A stretch of DNA of 57,411 nt from Bacilli bacterium (lineage in GTDB: Bacteria > Bacillota_I > Bacilli_A > RFN20 > CAG-826): assembly GCA_017447305.1 (NCBI GenBank), contig JAFSNY010000006.1:1-57411 (forward strand). The letters are read 5' to 3'. A program made the translations under genes and the position numbers. Shown piece after piece: positions 6,131 to 15,610 of this stretch; position 1 is the first letter of the stretch; each line of letters opens with the position of its first letter. Below the pieces are notes generated by a model that was not told the DNA's origin, made no database searches, and saw nothing but the letters and a program-made list of their open reading frames with translations.

Positions 6131-6137
6131 TCAACCG

Positions 6138-6683
6138 TTAAATGTCTTCAGGGTCACCGGTTTCGTAGTCGAAATCGTCATCATTATTCCAGATAACGTA
6201 TTCGCCACCGTTGTCCTGGCAGTCCTTGAGAGTTTGCTTGACAGCCTTCAACTTTTCGATAGCATCATCAACATTGTCAATTGCTTGGTCAATATCGATA
6301 GATTCACAACCGCATGCAACATCGTCAAAATCACATGCAGCAAAATCATTGGGGTCATCACCGCCAAAAATGTTGCGGGCAAAATCTTCGTCCCAGGAAC
6401 TATCATCAATGAACACGAGTTTACCACGATGTTCAATATCGTCATGACCATCGTTGTGACATACATATTCATGTTCGTCACGATAGTCTACACGATTTTC
6501 ATCATTGTCTTCGTTGTCTTCATTCTGAGCCGGAGCCGAAACACCGAGCTGAGCGGCGAGATCACGAATAAAATTAGCCTTTTCAGGGGTATTCGGAGCC
6601 GCCTGAATAATCTGAGCGAGCTGAGTGGCAAGCTGAGCCGCTGCGTTCTGGTCAATCTGACCGTTAACGTTAATGAGTGACAT
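6138..6683 (-). CDS. hypothetical highly acidic protein
   Basis: ORF track. AAGGAG upstream and promoter module 6721-6777. The C-terminal half is paralogous to the 6787-7338 product. Confidence 0.7.
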   Translation of the reverse strand: MSLINVNGQIDQNAAAQLATQLAQIIQAAPNTPEKANFIRDLAAQLGVSAPAQNEDNEDNDENRVDYRDEHEYVCHNDGHDDIEHRGKLVFIDDSSWDEDFARNIFGGDDPNDFAACDFDDVACGCESIDIDQAIDNVDDAIEKLKAVKQTLKDCQDNGGEYVIWNNDDDFDYETGDPEDI

Positions 6684-6720
6684 TTTAAGTCTCCTTAAGT
6701 TCTTATTGATTTACGATGTA

Positions 6721-6777
6721 AATATAGCTTAATTCAATTAGAATGTCAACCATGAATCAAGCTTAATTCTTTTTCAG
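6721..6777 (-). promoter_or_regulatory. promoter module
   Basis: RC reads AGCTGAAAAAG..(28)..TTGACA-N17-TATATT. Confidence 0.65.
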
Positions 6778-6786
6778 CTAACTTGA

Positions 6787-7338
6787 TTAGTCGTCGTCGC
6801 CAGTATCACCATCATAGTCATTGAAATCGATTGCAGCAAACCTTGTAGCACCCTGTGCCTTTGCTCGTTCAACCGCTTCAATCATATTCTGTAATTTCTG
6901 AACATTCTGCCTTGCACATTCCAGACAACGGTCAATATCAAACCTACGTTGTACGTCATCGTCGTCTTCGTAATCACCCTCTGCGAGAATTGCGTCTTCT
7001 TCGCAGGTTTCAATACGACCACAATCATCTGAGGTATGACCATCAGTGAACATTTCTACAAAATCACAGAGATCTGCTTCACCTTCTGGATGTTCGTCAT
7101 TTTCATAGTATGATGTTAAATCGATACATGCGATTTTCTTTTCCGGAATATATACAATATCCGAGCCCATCGGAGTTCTACCCTTAGAGTCAACCATCTT
7201 TATGACCATCTTGAGCTGTTCAATTGCTTTTTTCTTCTGTTCTTTTGTGAGACCAGTGAAATCCTGGTGTGTCAACGACTGAATGTCCATCATCACAGGC
7301 ACCTGCAAAATGCCGCCTGCTGCTCGTCTACCTGACAT
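6787..7338 (-). CDS. hypothetical acidic protein, paralog of 6138-6683
   Basis: ORF track. AAAGGAG upstream and promoter module 7366-7423. Shares the pattern ..D(I/R)D..(I/N)..(K/Q)KL....(V/A)....G......DF(D/N)DY(E/D)(T/G)(G/D). Confidence 0.7.
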   Translation of the reverse strand: MSGRRAAGGILQVPVMMDIQSLTHQDFTGLTKEQKKKAIEQLKMVIKMVDSKGRTPMGSDIVYIPEKKIACIDLTSYYENDEHPEGEADLCDFVEMFTDGHTSDDCGRIETCEEDAILAEGDYEDDDDVQRRFDIDRCLECARQNVQKLQNMIEAVERAKAQGATRFAAIDFNDYDGDTGDDD

Positions 7339-7365
7339 ATAAATCTCCTTTAAATTAACAAATTA

Positions 7366-7423
7366 AATATAGTTAATAGAAACCGCAGTGTAAATAGTTT
7401 CCTTTATAAAAAATACTTTACAG
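7366..7423 (-). promoter_or_regulatory. promoter module
   Basis: RC reads ATCTGTAAAG..(29)..TTTACA-N17-TATATT. The -35 lies in the loop of the GAAAC..GTTTC hairpin. Confidence 0.6.
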
Positions 7424-7424
7424 A

Positions 7425-7808
7425 TTACTTAATTCCCCTTATAGTTTTATACAGAATAGTTACAAGTTCCAGAGCTTCTTTTTCATCTGAAAACTTCTTC
7501 GGTATACCACGATCCATGGTAACGATAAATACTGGTTCACCTTTACGGTTTACCTTTACCTGATAGGTAATATATTCGTATTCATCTTTATTCTTAATCA
7601 CATGGAATTCGAATCTTACTGCAGGGTTCGTTGCGGTGTCATTCCAGAACATAATCTTGTCAGTTCCTGGATTTTCCGGGATTGCTTTCATAAAATTATG
7701 AGCCCACTTCTTTGCATCTTTCATAAATGCGACGATAGATTCGTAATGTTCTATCGACGGTGCAAACGGATTTTCAAGGTTTTCACCAGCGAATAATGGT
7801 TCAATCAT
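7425..7808 (-). CDS. hypothetical protein
   Basis: ORF track, with AGGAG upstream. Confidence 0.65.
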   Translation of the reverse strand: MIEPLFAGENLENPFAPSIEHYESIVAFMKDAKKWAHNFMKAIPENPGTDKIMFWNDTATNPAVRFEFHVIKNKDEYEYITYQVKVNRKGEPVFIVTMDRGIPKKFSDEKEALELVTILYKTIRGIK

Positions 7809-7866
7809 TTGCTAACTCCTATTTGATTATGTTCATAATATAGCTAAATATAATTAAAGTTTAAAT

Positions 7867-7893
7867 AAAAAATGACTGAGAATTTCTTCTCAG
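7867..7893 (-). terminator. rho-independent terminator after tRNA-Lys
   Basis: RC reads CTGAGAA-GAAA-TTCTCAG followed by TCATTTTTT. Confidence 0.65.
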
Positions 7894-7936
7894 CCATCTT
7901 TCAGATAAAGAAATTCCAATTGATTTGGAACCCTAG

Positions 7937-8011
7937 TGGACCTGGTGGGGTTCGAACCCACGACTCCTACATTAAAAGTGTAGTACTCTAGCCAAACTGA
8001 GTTACAGATCC
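7937..8011 (-). tRNA. tRNA-Lys(TTT)
   Basis: Acceptor GGATCTG/CAGGTCC, D arm ACTC-AGTTTGGCTA-GAGT, anticodon arm CTACA-CTTTTAA-TGTAG, T arm GTGGG-TTCGAAC-CCCAC. Confidence 0.85.
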
Positions 8012-8049
8012 ATTTAGTTTTATTATACTGACTAGCTCTGTCAGTTTCG

Positions 8050-8150
8050 TGGGTAAGGCGGGACTTGAACCCGCGACCTCCGGCTTATTCAACACCAGAC
8101 CTGCGGATGCTGGATAAGGCCGCTGCTCTAACCAACTGAGCTACCTACCC
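8050..8150 (-). ncRNA. tRNA-like gene with 34 nt between the anticodon-stem strands (101 nt)
   Basis: Canonical acceptor GGGTAGG/CTTACCC, D arm GCTC-AGTTGGTTA-GAGC and T arm GCGGG-TTCAAGT-CCCGC. GCGGC and GCCGG are separated by CTTATCCAGCATCCGCAGGTCTGGTGTTGAATAA. Confidence 0.6.
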
Positions 8151-8162
8151 AAATTGTTTTCG

Positions 8163-8234
8163 TTGGGGTACCTGGATTTGAACCAGGGAATAGAGGCTTC
8201 AAAGGCCCCTGCCTTACCACTTGGCTATACCCCA
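8163..8234 (-). tRNA. tRNA-Gln(TTG)
   Basis: Acceptor TGGGGTA/TACCCCA (U1-A72), anticodon arm GGGGC-CTTTGAA-GCCTC, T arm CCTGG-TTCAAAT-CCAGG. Confidence 0.85.
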
Positions 8235-8235
8235 A

Positions 8236-9060
8236 TTATTTTCTATAAAAACAAATCTTTTTTAATTCTTCAAACTTTTGAACAGTATTTTCTATTATTC
8301 GTTTTGTTAATCCCGTTTTTTCAATTACTTTTCCAACCCATCCATATTTAGTTAAATCAATTCCTGAATTTAATATCAAATCTTTTCGTTTATTCCATTC
8401 ATCAAATGTAACACCACGCCCATTTATTTTACCATTACGTTTTATCAATCCATTGTCTTCAGCATATTTTCGTTTTTCTTCTTTTTCTATTTGTTTTTCT
8501 TTTAATGTTTTTACTTTATTAAAAAACAATAATTGATGCTCAGAATAATCTATATCTTTTCCATTTATTATTACATTTTTTATTTCTTCAATCTTTTCTT
8601 GTTTATAACAATTCGCATAATAAATTTCTAATACTTGCCAACCTTCAGAAATTAAATAGTCATGTCTATTTTGATAATATAGTGTTAAAGTTCCATCATT
8701 TTTATAATGTTGATTACCATTTACTTCAACTGCAATTTTCTTATCTAAGAAAGCAATATCAATCGAATAATTATGTTTCCATCTTACATCAGAATATTCT
8801 TCAACAAAATTAAATTCAGCCTGTTTTAAGTTTTCTTTTAATGTTTCACATGGTTTCGAAATAAATTTAGTTCCTCTTTTCCATGGATGTTCATCCGGAT
8901 GTTCTTTTAGATATTGTTTTCTTTTTTCTGAAATCAGTTTCTTTTCTTCTTCAGTATGTGTATGTCCTCTTCTTTTTTTCGTACAAATTTTAAAATGTTT
9001 TCGTATATTTGTCATTATTTGTCCACAATATGGACATTCTTGGTTTCTTTTACGTATCAT
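8236..9060 (-). CDS. homing endonuclease-like protein (zinc finger + Vsr-like PD-(D/E)xK)
   Basis: CPYCGQIMTNIRKHFKIC and YSIDIAFLDKKIAVEVNGNQHY..GWQVLEIYY. Start moved to ATG 9060 because the longer track ORF overlaps the tRNA-like gene at 9082-9161. The stop abuts tRNA-Gln. Confidence 0.7.
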   Translation of the reverse strand: MIRKRNQECPYCGQIMTNIRKHFKICTKKRRGHTHTEEEKKLISEKRKQYLKEHPDEHPWKRGTKFISKPCETLKENLKQAEFNFVEEYSDVRWKHNYSIDIAFLDKKIAVEVNGNQHYKNDGTLTLYYQNRHDYLISEGWQVLEIYYANCYKQEKIEEIKNVIINGKDIDYSEHQLLFFNKVKTLKEKQIEKEEKRKYAEDNGLIKRNGKINGRGVTFDEWNKRKDLILNSGIDLTKYGWVGKVIEKTGLTKRIIENTVQKFEELKKICFYRK

Positions 9061-9081
9061 ATAAATCCTTATTATAAAAAG

Positions 9082-9161
9082 TACACCAGGTGGGCTTCGA
9101 ACCCACATTTGCAACTCCAGTTACGGCTAACGGATTAGAAGTCCGACCCGGTTACTGGTGT
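9082..9161 (-). ncRNA. atypical tRNA-like gene, Arg(TCT)-like loop, no normal D arm, hairpin variable arm
   Basis: Acceptor ACACCAG/CTGGTGT-A and T arm GTGGG-TTCGAAG-CCCAC. CGGA-CTTCTAA-TCCG lies only 9 nt after the acceptor and is followed by GTAAC-TGGA-GTTGC. Confidence 0.4.
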
Positions 9162-9224
9162 ATAATATTTATAATTCGAACCTATAACTTTACGTAAGTC
9201 TTATGCTTTATTTAACTTCTTATA

Positions 9225-9257
9225 TAAAAAAATTCCAGTATGTTGTATACTGGAACC
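9225..9257 (-). terminator. rho-independent terminator
   Basis: RC reads TTCCAGTAT-acaac-ATACTGGAA followed by T7. Confidence 0.75.
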
Positions 9258-9481
9258 TCAAAAAGTTAAACAAATAACATACGAGAGACTAGTATACAAA
9301 CCCAAACCAAGGTTTTCTTATACCTTGTATTTGTTTTCTGGTTTGTCTTCTAATCATCTTCATATTTTTATTTATATTTTTTTATTTCCGTTTTTCGCTA
9401 AATTGGTGGCCGCGGGAAGTATGTCCATAGTAAATTGTTAAGATTTAAATAGGAACTTCGTTTGCAGCCTTATTTTCTACA
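9258..9481 (-). ncRNA. candidate ~225-nt non-coding transcript (promoter-to-terminator unit without a long ORF)
   Basis: Bounded by promoter 9488-9516 and terminator 9225-9257. Only 18- and 24-codon mini-ORFs inside. Confidence 0.35.
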
Positions 9482-9487
9482 CACTCA

Positions 9488-9516
9488 AATATAGTAAACT
9501 TTGGGGTGATTGTAAA
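9488..9516 (-). promoter_or_regulatory. sigma70-type promoter
   Basis: RC reads GGGGTTTACAATCACCCC (the -35 in the hairpin loop), N17, then TATATT. Confidence 0.55.
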
Positions 9517-9530
9517 CCCCTAGGAATGAA

Positions 9531-9743
9531 TTATTTATCTTCTTCCCAGTGAGAGTCAATCACCACATTGTTCTTAGATGGATCATAGACACTAAAGTAG
9601 TAGCCATGTTCCAATGCGTCCATAGCTACCAGTTCATTTGCCTGTTCCTGACACATATCCTGCAGGTTATCCATCAATTCACCGAAACCCGTGTTTTCAG
9701 AGGTTTCATCAGTATCAATGGTAATCACCAACTTTCTACGCAT
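9531..9743 (-). CDS. hypothetical acidic protein
   Basis: ORF track, with AAGGAG upstream. Confidence 0.6.
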   Translation of the reverse strand: MRRKLVITIDTDETSENTGFGELMDNLQDMCQEQANELVAMDALEHGYYFSVYDPSKNNVVIDSHWEEDK

Positions 9744-9753
9744 CTTTCACTCC

Positions 9754-10236
9754 TTATTGTCTGACACCACAGAGCATAGCGAGCTGCACAATAGCATCAG
9801 CGATTTGCTGTTCAGTGAACTGAGACAGATCGGGCATTCCAGGCTGTGCAGGTGTCGCAGGATGAGCAACAGTTTCAGCAACACTGACAGTTGTTTCTTC
9901 TACAGGTGCAGTAGGTGTTTCCACTGCAGGTGCCGCTTCAACTGCAGGTGCTTCGGCTACAGGTGCTTCAGGAGCAGTAGCAGGTGCTTCTTCAACCATC
10001 TGGAATTCTACTGCGCAGGCATCACCTTCTTCCTGCAGAGACAGAGAATACTGTTCCGCAATTTCACGGATATTTTCGTCGATCTGATGCAGACGACGGT
10101 TATACTGGCCGATTGCCATCGAGATACCAGCACACGGGATAATCGATTCCGACTGCAGAATTCGAATGGCCTGACGGACCTTACGCTGTTCAACCAGCAA
10201 CAGTTCACGGGCGTTGATTGCTTCTTCTTGAGTCAT
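9754..10236 (-). CDS. hypothetical protein with Ala/Pro/Glu-rich repeat (APAVEAAPAVETPTAP)
   Basis: ORF track, AAAGGAAG upstream, GC-rich coding. Overlapping frames rejected. Confidence 0.65.
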   Translation of the reverse strand: MTQEEAINARELLLVEQRKVRQAIRILQSESIIPCAGISMAIGQYNRRLHQIDENIREIAEQYSLSLQEEGDACAVEFQMVEEAPATAPEAPVAEAPAVEAAPAVETPTAPVEETTVSVAETVAHPATPAQPGMPDLSQFTEQQIADAIVQLAMLCGVRQ

Positions 10237-10246
10237 TTTACTTCCT

Positions 10247-10393
10247 TTAGGCTACAATAGCCCTGATATATGCCTTGGTCAACTCGGCCGTGGCTTCTGG
10301 ATGATTTTTAAGCTGAGACATGGGAATCTTGTGCTTGAAACAGTAGTTTGCTTTCACAGATTCCATAAGTTCTACTTGTTCTCTTGTGTTCAT
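10247..10393 (-). CDS. hypothetical 48-aa protein (MNTREQVELMESVKANY...)
   Basis: Own codon-by-codon translation, 49 codons. Below the track cut-off; tightly packed before the 9754-10236 gene. Confidence 0.45.
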   Translation of the reverse strand: MNTREQVELMESVKANYCFKHKIPMSQLKNHPEATAELTKAYIRAIVA

Positions 10394-10473
10394 ACTTTTT
10401 AACCTCTAATTTATGTCTATAATATAGTTAAAAATTGAACCAATGTAAATAACTAGAATACGATTTCATTTAA

Positions 10474-11139
10474 TCAGACAACCGTCATGTAATCAGAGAT
10501 TTCATCAAATGAACGGATAGTCTTAGGCCATTCCTTTACCCTTCGCTTCCAAACCTCTGGGTCACAACCATCAAAGTCATCACTATTTAAAATAGTTAAA
10601 TAATTTAACATGTTGACCAGATTCAAATCAAGTACAGTCCTATCATTTTCCGGAAACATATTATATAACCTGGCGTACTTCAAAGATCTATACCCTGCTT
10701 CATATTCAAAGTCAATGGTAAAATCCTGGTGATGCGCGCCGGTTTTGGTCATTAACTTTTTGGGTCTGTCTTTAATAGTAGGTGCCATGAAGTTTCCATG
10801 ATCTTTAATTAGATGAAGATAATGGGATGCTTCATGCAGGAATAGGGCAAAACTGTGGTCGTCAACGAATCTGATACTACCCTTGGTTTCTGTGCCAGAA
10901 CCTTCAAGTTTAATTTCTGCAGAATCTTCAGGCATATATATCCTGTCTACTTGCAGTGACTGTCTTTGGAAATAAGCAGCAGCCTTCTTAGGTTTTTCGT
11001 CAAATTGAATAAATGCAATTAACTGTTGTGACATGAAATCCTGCAGATCATGCCAAAAACGAGTACGCCCTGGAGCGTACTCGCTATCATCAACCAACAC
11101 GATGTTCTTAATAAATGTTTCTGTTAAAACGGTTTTCAT
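10474..11139 (-). CDS. putative zinc metallopeptidase (HExxH)
   Basis: FLHEASHYLH contains HEASH. Start moved to MKTVLTE (AAGGA upstream), which clears the stop of 11147-11506. Confidence 0.5.
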   Translation of the reverse strand: MKTVLTETFIKNIVLVDDSEYAPGRTRFWHDLQDFMSQQLIAFIQFDEKPKKAAAYFQRQSLQVDRIYMPEDSAEIKLEGSGTETKGSIRFVDDHSFALFLHEASHYLHLIKDHGNFMAPTIKDRPKKLMTKTGAHHQDFTIDFEYEAGYRSLKYARLYNMFPENDRTVLDLNLVNMLNYLTILNSDDFDGCDPEVWKRRVKEWPKTIRSFDEISDYMTVV

Positions 11140-11146
11140 ATCCTTT

Positions 11147-11506
11147 TTAGAGAACCAGATCACCACTAAAATCAAATTCCTGCGTCATAATTTCAGCAGA
11201 ATTCTTAGCCATAGCATTCAGATACGTGGTAACTGGAATTGTCGTATATTCCTTGTAGACCTGACACTTCGAGAAATCGACTCGAATGCCACTGTCAATA
11301 AACGCTTTGACACGACGTCTGAACTTGCTTAAATCAGTAATCTTGTTGAGCTGCAGAATAGCTTTCTTAGAGCGTCTGTCTTCCACAACCGGATCCGTTG
11401 CATTACCCGGGAGGTCACAGATAATCTTTTCGACTCTCTCCATATCTTTCGAATCGGGGGTTGCAGCCTTAACTGCGTTAATAAATTCAATTTCTTGTCG
11501 TGTCAT
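11147..11506 (-). CDS. hypothetical protein
   Basis: ORF track, with AAGGAG upstream. Confidence 0.6.
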   Translation of the reverse strand: MTRQEIEFINAVKAATPDSKDMERVEKIICDLPGNATDPVVEDRRSKKAILQLNKITDLSKFRRRVKAFIDSGIRVDFSKCQVYKEYTTIPVTTYLNAMAKNSAEIMTQEFDFSGDLVL

Positions 11507-11593
11507 TTTTAATACTCCTTGTTGGTTAACGATTATAATATAGTTAATTCTTTCTAGGTTGTAATCATTCTTAACTAAATTATATCTATTCAG

Positions 11594-12154
11594 TTACTCA
11601 GGGAAATAGTTATTGACAACTGTTGCAAATTCATGCAACGCTCTTTCGGTCATCAACTTAACAGGGATATTTTCGTAGCCACCCATGAGCAGTACTTTTC
11701 TACGGCCAATCTGAGCATTTCGAATCAGACCAGTCCTCACTGCAGCATTATGGTACATTCTATCAGACAACGAGTTAGAACCAGTCGAATAGATATATTC
11801 GTTCGGTGCATCAAGACTCATTGCTTGAATACCAAATGCGGGTTGACAGATTTCAGAAATTTGTGCAAACGTGACCAAGTGTGACGTATCAGTCTCCATC
11901 AGTTTACACACCATTCTGGTCTGGATTTCTTCACAGATATTCTTCAAATCACCATTACCATACATCTTCATGCAGATAATGCTATCTTCCGCATCAAGCG
12001 GATCTAACGTAATGATATTGCCTTTATTGACAATAATTCGTTTGCTTTCATCCAATCCGGTATATAAACTAGCGGTACCATCGCCATTATACTTAGCACG
12101 CCAAACTTCGGCTTCGCTACTATTTGTACCAACTGTTACTTTTACCTTAATCAT
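11594..12154 (-). CDS. hypothetical protein
   Basis: ORF track. A TTTACA-N17-TATATT promoter ends 6 nt before the ATG. Confidence 0.6.
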   Translation of the reverse strand: MIKVKVTVGTNSSEAEVWRAKYNGDGTASLYTGLDESKRIIVNKGNIITLDPLDAEDSIICMKMYGNGDLKNICEEIQTRMVCKLMETDTSHLVTFAQISEICQPAFGIQAMSLDAPNEYIYSTGSNSLSDRMYHNAAVRTGLIRNAQIGRRKVLLMGGYENIPVKLMTERALHEFATVVNNYFPE

Positions 12155-12281
12155 ATTCTTAATATAGTTAATTTTTGTTTATGTGTAAATACCTTCTGAC
12201 ATAACCATTTTTATTCAGATAACCCTGTTGATGAATTGTTAATAGATTGTTTACAAGAATGTTAATAAGTTGTTTAAACTG

Positions 12282-12848
12282 TTAACACTCTGTAATTTCC
12301 CTTAATGCTTTTTCAGTTCGCTCATCGTCGAAATATGCTTTCAATAATGCATAATTCTCATTCTTAATAGAATCCTTAATAATTTTTAAAAACTTAATAA
12401 GTGATTCAACATCTAAAAACGTTTTTTCTTGAAAAAACATTTCTTCGGCAACTACAGATTCTTCAATAATTAAATCATAATACTTAATTAATTCCGGATA
12501 TTTGCTTCTAATATTAGCTTTATTAAGTCTAGTTTTACTAGGAAATGAAATTAAATGAGAACTGTTACAGAATGTTGCATTGGGCTTACCATTCTGACCG
12601 ATCTTTAACTGAATTCTAATGTTAATTCCAAAATTATCTCTTTTAGACTGAAATGGAAAATCTACGTATAACCAGCTACCATTACAAAGTTGCGGTGTAA
12701 AATCACCTTCTGATATATTATCATTTAATGCATTTATCCATGATTCATATAACAGATAACCCGACTTAATATCTTCATATTCCTTAATGGTTTTATTAAG
12801 CTCAGTATTAACGCATTCCACTAACTCCTTAAACTTTTCACACGCCAT
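12282..12848 (-). CDS. hypothetical protein
   Basis: ORF track 12282-12857 starts at GTG; ATG 12848 preferred. Lies directly after the groEL terminator. Confidence 0.55.
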   Translation of the reverse strand: MACEKFKELVECVNTELNKTIKEYEDIKSGYLLYESWINALNDNISEGDFTPQLCNGSWLYVDFPFQSKRDNFGINIRIQLKIGQNGKPNATFCNSSHLISFPSKTRLNKANIRSKYPELIKYYDLIIEESVVAEEMFFQEKTFLDVESLIKFLKIIKDSIKNENYALLKAYFDDERTEKALREITEC

Positions 12849-12862
12849 ACTTAACACAATAT

Positions 12863-12891
12863 AAAAAACCCACTCACTTTCGTAAGCGGGT
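12863..12891 (-). terminator. rho-independent terminator after groEL
   Basis: RC reads ACCCGCTTAC-gaaa-GTGAGTGGGT followed by T6. Confidence 0.75.
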
Positions 12892-12919
12892 AAAAGGAAA
12901 AAACTTTTTTACAGATACC

Positions 12920-14542
<1,623 letters not shown>

Positions 14543-14582
14543 TTATTCCTTTTATAAAATTCAATAACAAATATAGTTAATT

Positions 14583-15479
14583 TTAATAATTATTTTTAAA
14601 TAATAATTTATTTTCTATAATTTCTTTAATTCTTAATTTTTCATATTCATTATTATTAATCCAATCATATTCTTTAACTCTAACTAATTGGATATTTAAA
14701 TTTTCACATAATATATCTTTTTCTTTATCTCTAACCCAATTATTTTTTAATCGTTGTTGTTCATTTAAATTAGTTATATTATAAAATCTAGGATCTGCGT
14801 GCCAATATGTACCGTCATATTCAAATGCAAGCATTATATCTGGTAAATATATATCTAATTCGCGTCCTTTTAAAATATCTCTATTATTCCTTATAATATT
14901 TCCAATATAAATAGAATTAATATAATTATATAATTCTATTTCACCTTTACTTATCATTATACCCGATTTACCATATCGTTCTAATATAGTTTTATTAATT
15001 TTATCTTGACATTCTTGTGTTTTTGCATAATTATCAACGCCATATCGCTTTATACATGTTTCTTTTGCTTTTTCATGATTAATAAAATAAGGATTTCCAT
15101 ATTTTATTAGTTTTGTTTCTTTTGATTTATTTTTAAATTCTTCTGATTGAAATATATAATCAGAACCATATTTTTTAATATTTGTATTTTTTATTTTTTC
15201 TTTTATTTCATTTGATTTAGCAACATTATTAACACCATATTTTATTAAACATGTATGTTTTTTCTTTTCTTGTATATTATTTTGATTGAATGCAATACTA
15301 CAAGAACATGAATTACATAAAAATTCATCATTAATTGATTCTAAATTTTTTATTGATATATTACCACATTGTTTACATTTAAATTTAAATTTTAATCTTC
15401 TATATTTGTAATGTGGTTTTAATGAATTATAATAATTTAAATCATTATTATCATTTATAAATAATATATTATTGGACAT
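14583..15479 (-). CDS. homing endonuclease-like protein (CxxC zinc motif, KYG repeats, Vsr-like FEYDGTYWH)
   Basis: CKQCGN..CNSC. Repeated ..YG(V/S)(N/D)N....E.K.K motifs and ELDIYLPDIMLAFEYDGTYWH. Start at MSNNILF after GGAG. Extremely AT-rich. Confidence 0.7.
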   Translation of the reverse strand: MSNNILFINDNNDLNYYNSLKPHYKYRRLKFKFKCKQCGNISIKNLESINDEFLCNSCSCSIAFNQNNIQEKKKHTCLIKYGVNNVAKSNEIKEKIKNTNIKKYGSDYIFQSEEFKNKSKETKLIKYGNPYFINHEKAKETCIKRYGVDNYAKTQECQDKINKTILERYGKSGIMISKGEIELYNYINSIYIGNIIRNNRDILKGRELDIYLPDIMLAFEYDGTYWHADPRFYNITNLNEQQRLKNNWVRDKEKDILCENLNIQLVRVKEYDWINNNEYEKLRIKEIIENKLLFKNNY

Positions 15480-15553
15480 AATAATCTCCACTTATTGTGT
15501 TCATGGAGATAAGAAGTAGGATTCTTATCTCTTTTATTATTTATAAAAACATT

Positions 15554-15581
15554 AAAAACTCATGTATTAAACATGAGTTTT
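15554..15581 (-). terminator. rho-independent terminator
   Basis: RC reads AAACTCATG-tttaata-CATGAGTTT followed by TT. Confidence 0.6.
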
Positions 15582-15610
15582 AATTAAATATATAAAGGAA
15601 ATGATAATAA

